Below are positions 7,461-13,837 of a DNA stretch of 13,837 nt, one piece after another. The stretch is from a bacterium. Its GTDB lineage: Bacteria > Zixibacteria > MSB-5A5 > GN15 > FEB-12. Both the position numbers and the translations under genes were made by a program. The stretch is taken from assembly GCA_043811375.1 (NCBI GenBank), contig JBDRNJ010000080.1:1-13837 (forward strand). The letters run 5' to 3'. Position 1 is the stretch's first letter. Each line of letters begins with the position of its first letter. The notes beneath the pieces are model-generated. The model worked only from the letters and a program-made list of their open reading frames with translations. It had not been told where the DNA came from and made no database searches.

Positions 7461-7676
7461 TCAATACCCCAATTCCTCTTCGAAAGCATCCGAATCGAGA
7501 TCGTCCTCAAAGTCAAAGCCACTGGTTTTATTCCGTGAAATGGATCCGCCGACCTCGAATTCGTGATCGCAGTCAGCACATACGTATAAATCGATGCCTT
7601 CCTCAAATGAGTCCTGAAGCAGCACATCGCTGCTGTTACAACGTGGGCACTTTCTGTTCTTCTTTGAACGTCCCAT
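7461..7676 (-). CDS. Small Zn-ribbon protein (CxxC...CxxC) with acidic tail
   Basis: 71 aa: CPRC-x19-CADC, basic N-terminus and D/E-rich C-terminus. GAGGT SD upstream of ATG 7676. Confidence 0.7.
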   Translation of the reverse strand: MGRSKKNRKCPRCNSSDVLLQDSFEEGIDLYVCADCDHEFEVGGSISRNKTSGFDFEDDLDSDAFEEELGY

Positions 7677-7746
7677 TGCTACACCTCTCTGAAACTGTTA
7701 ATTTCCTGACGTCACTTCTATGACGGATTAAGGTTTGTCGAATTGT

Positions 7747-9084
7747 TCATGATTTCTGTATACCACTGTCTGGTAGCATGGGTAACTCCGCGCACACCGG
7801 AAGTGGTTTGATAAATTCCTGCCGGAGGCTATAAGTGTATGCTCCCTGGTTCGGAATGAGCAAGACATCGCCTTCCCCTAAACTCTCACCGAAGTAGCCG
7901 TATCCCCAGATGTCGTGTGGAGTGCATAGCGATCCGGCCACCAGACATTCGTGTTCGTAAAGGCTCGGCCGGGTCAAGTTTATTACGGGAAAATAATCTG
8001 TCTCGAACCGTTCCCATCCCACGGCATTCGTGCCACCGTCGGTAATGACTATTTCTGCCGACTTGACGTCGGTAACGGTAAGGAGAATATGCATGGCGTC
8101 ATTGCACAACCATCGGCCAGGCTCGAGGCAGATAGTGCAGTTCATGTCTTTGGGCAAGTGTCTTTTCAACGCAGCAGAGATTTGGGCCGCGAAATCGGAG
8201 ATGAAGCAAGCCGATTTCTTATAGTGACTAAGGCCTTCAATTGTGGCCTCACCCAGTGCCGATTGAAGTACGCCCGAGGGCGTAGCCCCCGGTTGGAGCC
8301 ATTCACCCGGTTCCGGCCAAAAACCTCCCCCAATGTCGAGAAACTTGATGCTGTTCCGATCCGTTTTGTCCAGGCCTCTCAGCCCGGCACCCAGACGGCC
8401 AATGAAAACGACTTGCGCTTCAGGATTGAAATTCCAGCTGAGATGAAACTGAAGTCCGCACAGGTCAACCTGTTCGCACTTGCGTGCTTCGTGGAAAAAT
8501 GACTGCAGTCTGGCGAGCGGTATACCGAATTTTCTCCAGATGCCGGTGTCATCCGCCGCGAGCCGCACCCCGGCGCGGACCAGAACCTGCGCCCGTTTCG
8601 CGGTCTGTTCCAGTTTTTCCAACTCGCTGAAACTGTCAAGGAGAACGGTTACTTTGTCAGCGTGTTCTACGGCGAGCTCCAGTTCGTCCGGTCGCTTGCC
8701 GGGACCACTGAACACAATATCCCGGGCGCCGCACTCGAGAGCGGTCTCCAGTTCCAGGCCGCTTGAAACGTCCAGTCCGAACCCTTCTTGCACCAGGGTA
8801 GTCGCGATAGTCGGATGACTATTACTCTTCAGAGCATAGTAGATCCGGAGATCGGGTAGAACGGCCGCAAAAGCATTCCGGAATTGTCGAGCCTTGTTAT
8901 TGATAGCCTCCGAGTCAATTACATACAACGGCGAGCCATTGCTCTCAATGGCCGCCAGGAAGGCATCTCGTCGATCAAGGAATGATCGAACAAAGTGTCT
9001 GAGCTCCTGGGCGTCAAGCCGTGGGATTTGGTGATGGAGCAGCTCGGCGGCTTGCATTATGGTACCCAGCGAGCCTTTGGTCAT
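7747..9084 (-). CDS. Fold-type III PLP-dependent decarboxylase (Orn/DAP/Arg decarboxylase superfamily; substrate uncertain)
   Basis: Motifs: YALKSN (PLP Lys), DVSSGLE, FSGPGK, KFG, LDIGGGF, EPGRWL, GSLCTPHD, GAYTYS. The start is probably ATG 9084 or 9057 rather than 9174. Confidence 0.9.
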   Translation of the reverse strand: MTKGSLGTIMQAAELLHHQIPRLDAQELRHFVRSFLDRRDAFLAAIESNGSPLYVIDSEAINNKARQFRNAFAAVLPDLRIYYALKSNSHPTIATTLVQEGFGLDVSSGLELETALECGARDIVFSGPGKRPDELELAVEHADKVTVLLDSFSELEKLEQTAKRAQVLVRAGVRLAADDTGIWRKFGIPLARLQSFFHEARKCEQVDLCGLQFHLSWNFNPEAQVVFIGRLGAGLRGLDKTDRNSIKFLDIGGGFWPEPGEWLQPGATPSGVLQSALGEATIEGLSHYKKSACFISDFAAQISAALKRHLPKDMNCTICLEPGRWLCNDAMHILLTVTDVKSAEIVITDGGTNAVGWERFETDYFPVINLTRPSLYEHECLVAGSLCTPHDIWGYGYFGESLGEGDVLLIPNQGAYTYSLRQEFIKPLPVCAELPMLPDSGIQKS

Positions 9085-10369
9085 GGTATTGTTCCACATT
9101 GATAATAATCTTCTGTCTAATATCGTCACACTGCCGGCGATGATTAACGTCGGTTCGGGATTCGAAAATGACATGTCCCAGCAACCAGGAGTCGTAGTTT
9201 TCGGGTGGGACGGATATCACATGTCCCGGGGCGTACTTAATAAAAATTCCCTTCACCCGCAAATCCTCTGAGAGCCCACTGTAATTCACATCAGCAAGCA
9301 CGCCGCTGCGCATCGATAAAAAACGCATGCCGATATGCTCTTTCGACTGGTGCGCGGGAGGAATCTCGCACTTGCCTCCTTCGGCAAAGTCCAGAGCAAG
9401 TCCAATCGTATCAAGCCCACAACTGCATCGGATCAGGGGAGGCAGACAATCACCACCGACCCTTGGTGTTAACTCCAAAAAGACTAACTCGTTCTCGTTG
9501 ACCATGAAGTCTACCATGCAAATGGCACGCGTGAGCCCAAGTGCCTTTGCTGCGTTCCGAAGCCTCTCGGTGAGTGTTCCGCAGGTCACCCCTGCGGGTA
9601 GCTTTGCGGGGACCACGTAAGCCATAGTCGTTCCAAACGGCAGAGCATCGCCGTGAAGCTTTTTTGCTACCCGGATCACACTTACATTATCATCAGCTAT
9701 TATAAAGTCAGCGCTATACTCTCGTCCTTTGATGAGCTCTTCTACCAGTATAGGCTGGTCAACAACGGACCCGCCCGAATGCCCGGAACCGGACGCATAC
9801 AGCGGTGACTGTTGTCGGCTTTGCAGACCATCCTTGATCGTTCGAAAGGCCGCTCCCAAATCATTCTTGTCGTGGCATTGAAACGTTAGTTCACTGCCGC
9901 TTCCGGTGAGCGGCTTGAGCACGACAGGACCACCAAACTGTTCGATGAGCCTGATTACCTGCCATCCAGAATACACCAGTTCGACTTTCGGGCAGCGAAC
10001 CCCATACTCGGCCCATCTCTTCTTTGTAAGAAATTTATCCCGAGATACTTGCACCGATTCCACCGTGGGGAAAGGCAGATCGTAATACTGCGCCAGGCTG
10101 GCCGCTAGACCCAACCATTCACAATCGTAGCAGGCCACTCCCGAAAGGCTCTGGTTCGTTCTTTGCAGGTGCTTTTCCAGCGCGTTCAGAACATCCCCTT
10201 TGTCAGCGAGATGGCAGACAACCTCACTGGTGTGGTCGGGCGCTGTCTCTGTCGAGCCAATTCGCTTGGCCGGGTCCGTCAGGAACAGAGCTCGCCCTGG
10301 ATATCGCTCATGGATGTGGGCGATATAGTCCGGTGTGGTACCTACTACCAGGACACGGCGATCAGACAT
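9014..10369 (-). CDS. ATP-grasp ligase (L-amino-acid-ligase-like)
   Basis: Motifs: RDKFLTK, VVLKPLTGSGS, LVEELIKGREYSAD, VDF...VFLELTPRVGGD. The start overlaps the upstream GNAT stop by 8 bp (ATGTCTGA). Confidence 0.9.
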   Translation of the reverse strand: MSDRRVLVVGTTPDYIAHIHERYPGRALFLTDPAKRIGSTETAPDHTSEVVCHLADKGDVLNALEKHLQRTNQSLSGVACYDCEWLGLAASLAQYYDLPFPTVESVQVSRDKFLTKKRWAEYGVRCPKVELVYSGWQVIRLIEQFGGPVVLKPLTGSGSELTFQCHDKNDLGAAFRTIKDGLQSRQQSPLYASGSGHSGGSVVDQPILVEELIKGREYSADFIIADDNVSVIRVAKKLHGDALPFGTTMAYVVPAKLPAGVTCGTLTERLRNAAKALGLTRAICMVDFMVNENELVFLELTPRVGGDCLPPLIRCSCGLDTIGLALDFAEGGKCEIPPAHQSKEHIGMRFLSMRSGVLADVNYSGLSEDLRVKGIFIKYAPGHVISVPPENYDSWLLGHVIFESRTDVNHRRQCDDIRQKIIINVEQYHDQRLAGYHNASRRAAPSPNPTA

Positions 10370-11360
10370 GTGGGGCTCCCCTTATGCCTTGCCACCATAC
10401 AGTCGGAGAAGAGTAAATGGGGAGGTGAACCTTCTCTCTGGTCACCGATCTGCCATCCCCCTCAATTTTGTAGAGCGGCGCCGGCGTCAGGTGAAAGAGG
10501 GGCTTCCAATTGAAATCACCACAGAGAAAATCGACGCTGTCCAGTTTCTCTTCGCAGGCATAGGTGATGTGGTACATGTTGATAAGTTTGGCAATTCCGC
10601 GAAATCTCTCATCAGTACCACCGGCCAGCATAGTAAGCATGCCGTTGTAAAGGCTACCCATGTCCACAGCCGCCGGTTCACCGTCCACTATCACGGTTAC
10701 CATTCGTAGCAGGTTCCGGTTGCGTAATAGATGCATCAGTGAGCGGAAACTCTCCAGGAAGCGCTCATCACAGAAGTACGACAGCCGACCGAATCTGCTG
10801 CGGTTCATCTCACAGAGCGATTCGAAGTCCGTCGACTGATCGATGCGCCATTCGACTGTGTGATGGTTCCAGGCGGCCAGTTCCTTCTGGAGTTTCTTGG
10901 CGGTCTTGTGCGAGAAGGCTTCAAAGTATCGATCTACATCGTAGCCGTAGGTGGCAGGTATGAAGAGATACCCTACTTCATCTACGAGTTCGTCGGGGCC
11001 GCTCCAGCACCCTTCCTTTCGCAGGTATCGGAGCTGGTAGGGTCCATCCAGACTGGCCAGCATGGTGTAGAGGATGGCGCTGCTGTCGGCGATGATTCTG
11101 TTTTGCTCCAGCCAGGTTTTTCCTTCCCAGGTTTCACCGGGAAAGTAATTGTACTGGCTGATGTCCTCGTTCCAGCTAAGAGGCAGAAACCCTACTACCC
11201 TGCCGTCCTCCGCAGCCACGACAAAGCGCGGCGAGTGATTATAGTGATCGTGAAAACAGGCGCGCACTTCCCAGAGATCGGACACCAACTCGCCCGGCAT
11301 CAACTTCTTCCAGAGGTCTCGACATTCCCCTATGTCGGTTACCGTTTGGATCCGAAACAT
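10362..11360 (-). CDS. GNAT-fold protein, FemAB/CelD-BcsL-like (Acetyltransf_6-like)
   Basis: Two-lobed GNAT pattern: FVVAAEDGRVVGFLPL, YFEAFSHKTAKKLQK, VIVDGEPAAVD, GIAKLI...ACEEKLDSVDFLCGDFNWKPLF. ATG is 2 nt after the SpeD-like stop. Confidence 0.75.
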   Translation of the reverse strand: MFRIQTVTDIGECRDLWKKLMPGELVSDLWEVRACFHDHYNHSPRFVVAAEDGRVVGFLPLSWNEDISQYNYFPGETWEGKTWLEQNRIIADSSAILYTMLASLDGPYQLRYLRKEGCWSGPDELVDEVGYLFIPATYGYDVDRYFEAFSHKTAKKLQKELAAWNHHTVEWRIDQSTDFESLCEMNRSRFGRLSYFCDERFLESFRSLMHLLRNRNLLRMVTVIVDGEPAAVDMGSLYNGMLTMLAGGTDERFRGIAKLINMYHITYACEEKLDSVDFLCGDFNWKPLFHLTPAPLYKIEGDGRSVTREKVHLPIYSSPTVWWQGIRGAPHV

Positions 11361-11362
11361 CG

Positions 11363-11827
11363 CTAGCGCCTCAGGCTCACGTGCGTACTGCAGCGCGAAC
11401 CGCCAAAGAAACTGACCGCGAACTCTTCAACCACTGCCGGGTCGTACGGTTTGCAGCTGAAGACATCCAGATATGTAGTGTTGCTGGCGTTGGCAAAATG
11501 GGCCGAGATCAAAGACGTCTCTATCAACTGGGTCATCGAAAACCCGGCGACACGCTCGTCTTCGCCAAAATTGACTACCACGCATTCGCCGAAACGCTTC
11601 ATCTCAATCAGGTCACAAAGTTCATGAACAAAGCGCTTGATTGCCTCGGCATCGCGGATTGTTTCGGCATCACACTCGTATATATCGAAGCTGCAAGCCA
11701 GACCCCACGCCCCCTCAATATCGTCGGAACTGAACTGGTTCAATTCCCGGTAGGCGGTCAGCCGCGTCACCGCGTCCCTGACAGCCTCTCCGGCCTCGAA
11801 TAATGGTTTCATAGTATTCTTTCCCAC
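11363..11827 (-). CDS. speD: S-adenosylmethionine decarboxylase-like pyruvoyl proenzyme
   Basis: Motifs: FDIYEC, GFSMTQLIETSLISAHF (pyruvoyl-Ser region), YLDVFSCK. Start reassigned to GTG 11827, with an AAGGAG SD at 11842-11837. The family call is solid; the substrate is not. Confidence 0.82.
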   Translation of the reverse strand: MGKNTMKPLFEAGEAVRDAVTRLTAYRELNQFSSDDIEGAWGLACSFDIYECDAETIRDAEAIKRFVHELCDLIEMKRFGECVVVNFGEDERVAGFSMTQLIETSLISAHFANASNTTYLDVFSCKPYDPAVVEEFAVSFFGGSRCSTHVSLRR

Positions 11828-12063
11828 TTGAAGAATCTCCTTAATTTCCAGATCCACAGGGCACACGGCCCTCCGTGGATTCAGACAATGTCTATTAGTT
11901 TCTAGTGGTTGTTGTTATCCTCTGTGAACCTTCCGCCAGGCTCATGGGACACGTGAATCAGACCCTTGAGCCTGAAGCCGCCTTCCCTGCTATCCGGTCC
12001 GCTTCTCCTTACACACTGAACATTGTTGGCGACAAATAAGTATCCTGAGATACTCGTTGACGG

Positions 12064-12711
12064 TTACGGTAGCGCTTCCTTTATAAAGCGCGCCAAACTG
12101 ACGACAAAGGCACTTCTTAGAGCCATAAAGGACCCATCAAGATCGTCCTCTTCAGATGCCACGCTGGCAAAAGAGTAGTAACCCGAGATGAATCCAGCAA
12201 GCGCATAGGCAAGTCGTCGAAGCCGCTCTTTGGAAATCGGTTTAGACAATGCCCCTTCGATCAACTCCTCTATGCAACTCAAATAGTTCAGGAAGGGGGT
12301 TTCAATTCCCTCGAGACTTTCGTTAAGCATGATGTCCGCCCGACCCTGATAGTACAGCACGAAGTCCTCCCAGCGGTTGCTGAAGAACTTGATGTGGGTG
12401 CCGATCATGGCATCCAGGACCTCGTTGATCTCAGTGTGAGAAGCGCAGTCCTCTTTCAAGGCTGCGACTAGCTCCTTGAGCAATTTCTCCATCATCAGAC
12501 GAATCATCTCGTCTTTGGCATCGAAATGGTAGTAGAAGCTGCCCCGGCCCACATCCGCCCGGTCGGTGATGTCCTCCACCGTTGTGGCGGACAACCCCTT
12601 TTCAGCCATGACGGTTTTGGCCGCAACCAACAGCTTCTTGCGGGTCTTGCCGTAGCGTCGTTGCTGACGTGTCTTCTGGGGCTTTTCTGTTTCATTATTC
12701 GCAGATATCAT
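12064..12711 (-). CDS. TetR/AcrR-family transcriptional regulator
   Basis: N-terminal HTH reads TRKKLLVAA...KGLSATTVEDITDRADVGRGSFYYHFDAKDEM; 215 aa. Confidence 0.95.
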   Translation of the reverse strand: MISANNETEKPQKTRQQRRYGKTRKKLLVAAKTVMAEKGLSATTVEDITDRADVGRGSFYYHFDAKDEMIRLMMEKLLKELVAALKEDCASHTEINEVLDAMIGTHIKFFSNRWEDFVLYYQGRADIMLNESLEGIETPFLNYLSCIEELIEGALSKPISKERLRRLAYALAGFISGYYSFASVASEEDDLDGSFMALRSAFVVSLARFIKEALP

Positions 12712-12722
12712 AACAACAACCT

Positions 12723-12772
12723 GACACTATCGTCTTTTTCGACTCTATCGTCAATTCCGACAGTTTAGTCAA
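12723..12772 (-). promoter_or_regulatory. Candidate tetR promoter with three GAC-N6-GTC operator-like palindromes
   Basis: GACACTATCGTC (12723), GACTCTATCGTC (12741) and GACAGTTTAGTC (12759) are spaced exactly 18 bp apart. They overlap a minus-strand TTGACG (12754-12749), 17 nt, GATAGT (12731-12726). Confidence 0.65.
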
Positions 12773-12840
12773 GAACTTTTTTTGGACTCTTTGATTTTTC
12801 TTGATTTTGCGTCACGATCTAGTTCACAGGCTCAGGGGAA

Positions 12841-13042
12841 AAATCGTGACCAAAATGGTGTCACGTTATTCAGTATTATTGGCAGATATAGACTTACGAA
12901 GGTGGGGGTGGAGGGTATAATACCCCCATCCGTCTCGTAACTTATTCTATGATAGTGAGTTAAGGTGGTGGAAGTGGGGAGCGAACCCCATACTCGCGTT
13001 GGGGCACAAGGAGTTACACTGTACTATGACCAAATTGTGACC
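12841..13042. repeat. att-like repeat copy D (left arm + core + right arm)
   Basis: Left arm AAATCGTGACCAAAATGGTGTCACGTTATT. Core TGGTGGAAGTGGGGAGCGAACCCC (12966-12989). Right arm ATACTCGCGTTGGGGCACAAGGAGTTACACTGTACTATGACCAAATTGTGACC. Confidence 0.9.
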
Positions 13043-13141
13043 AATTTTTTCAACCATATTGCGCCTATGTTTCCTGGACTGCCAACGCCTTTCCCTCTTT
13101 GTGAGTGTCAAGCTCGAACACGTAGCGGCACATGGGAACGG

Positions 13142-13837
13142 TTACAGCAGTTCCTTATATCCCGCCCTGCGATAATCAATCTCACCCAAACCTTGTTGAG
13201 CGGCCAAAACGACATAGCTAATTTCACGCCCGGACTTGCCCACGAATTCACTCGCGCGGGAATCGGCGGCTACCTGATCCGTCGCACAAATCACGGAATC
13301 GCATATCATAACATCATCAAAAGAGCCACCGACTGGGCCATGTCGCATGAGCACGCGCGTGGCATCAACCACCGTCAGGGTAGGTCTGAAAAATGCAGCC
13401 AGGTCAACAATAGCCTGGTCGAGTTGGTCATGCAGGCGCCTGCGATCACCCCCGATCGCTCCGAAGAAATTCTTCATCGATGCAGTGCCTAATGCCAAAT
13501 CATGATGTTTTGCTATTGGCATGTTGATGAGGCGATCAACCTCAAAGACATACTTGAGAACCGGCCAATTGTTAATGAGCCGGCCATTAAGATCAGCTTC
13601 GATAAAATCGCCTTCATTGAGAAATACGATCCTTCCGCCGTTTTCCTCGACAGCGTCCTTGATTCCAGAGCGAGAAAACACTTTCCGCGGATATCGGGCG
13701 CCGGAGTTATCGGTCACTATTATATCTGTTGCACCAGCCATCTTGCACTGGCGTGTCATTTCTCCGACGAGAACGGGATTTGTGGTAACACCTTGTTCCG
13801 GTACTCTGGCAAATGCGGCATTCGGCTTAAGGAGAAG
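13142..13837 (-). CDS. DUF362 domain protein (putative Fe-S associated), 5' end outside the window
   Basis: The frame stays open to the window edge: LLLKPNAAFARVPEQGVTTNPVLV...INMPIAKHH...ASMKNFFG...FRPTLTVVDA...DQVAADS. This fits the DUF362 KPN / PxxKxH / KNxxG pattern. Confidence 0.85.
   Translation of the reverse strand, partial: LLLKPNAAFARVPEQGVTTNPVLVGEMTRQCKMAGATDIIVTDNSGARYPRKVFSRSGIKDAVEENGGRIVFLNEGDFIEADLNGRLINNWPVLKYVFEVDRLINMPIAKHHDLALGTASMKNFFGAIGGDRRRLHDQLDQAIVDLAAFFRPTLTVVDATRVLMRHGPVGGSFDDVMICDSVICATDQVAADSRASEFVGKSGREISYVVLAAQQGLGEIDYRRAGYKELL

Noticed and set aside
9014..9174. 161-bp overlap between the ATP-grasp and decarboxylase genes
   Set aside because: This is largely an artefact of choosing the longest ORF. 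Starts at 9084 or 9057 reduce the overlap to 71 or 44 bp.
15..11803. Numerous antisense or alternate-frame ORFs (e.g. 15..251, 979..1407, 5248..5679, 7951..8502, 10860..11366, 11381..11803)
   Set aside because: They are shadow ORFs overlapping well-supported genes and show no motifs of their own.
11880..12063. SAM-I riboswitch upstream of the speD-like gene
   Set aside because: The conserved SAM-I core (AUC..GAG, kink-turn P2, GCAACC) could not be found by eye.
3553..13042. CRISPR array or classical integron attC array
   Set aside because: The repeats are 85-230 bp, degenerate and kilobases apart. They lack attC R''/R' (RYYYAAC...GTTRRRY) ends and long dyad symmetry. No cas or intI gene is seen.
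12965..13492. ORFs starting in or crossing the repeats (12965..13492 +, 3609..3818 +, 7166..7390 -)
   Set aside because: They are translations of the repeats, and the longest lies antisense to the DUF362 gene. None has a recognisable domain.

Overview
Bacterial accessory region. The T9SS/FlgD-type C-terminal domain weakly hints at an FCB-group lineage. From left to right it contains: the 5' part and terminal inverted repeat of an IS5/IS1182-type IS; a type II (Ca2+-like) P-type ATPase; a secreted transglutaminase-like protein; an ECF sigma factor with a zinc anti-sigma factor; a GTAG-type REP doublet; a small Zn-ribbon protein; a minus-strand cluster (TetR, SpeD-like pyruvoyl decarboxylase, GNAT/FemAB-like protein, ATP-grasp ligase, fold-III PLP decarboxylase); and the 3' part of a DUF362 gene. 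The most notable signal is non-coding. Four co-oriented intergenic repeats (about 3553-3781, 5075-5160, 7256-7365 and 12841-13042) each contain a degenerate 3' end of a tmRNA/tRNA (minus strand) next to TTGTGACC doublets that resemble tyrosine-integrase arm sites. They divide the window into self-contained gene modules, and no integrase is present in the window. This suggests a tandem array of integrase-less cargo cassettes, one of which carries an uncharacterised decarboxylase/ATP-grasp biosynthetic operon. All calls come from reading motifs by eye; no searches were run.
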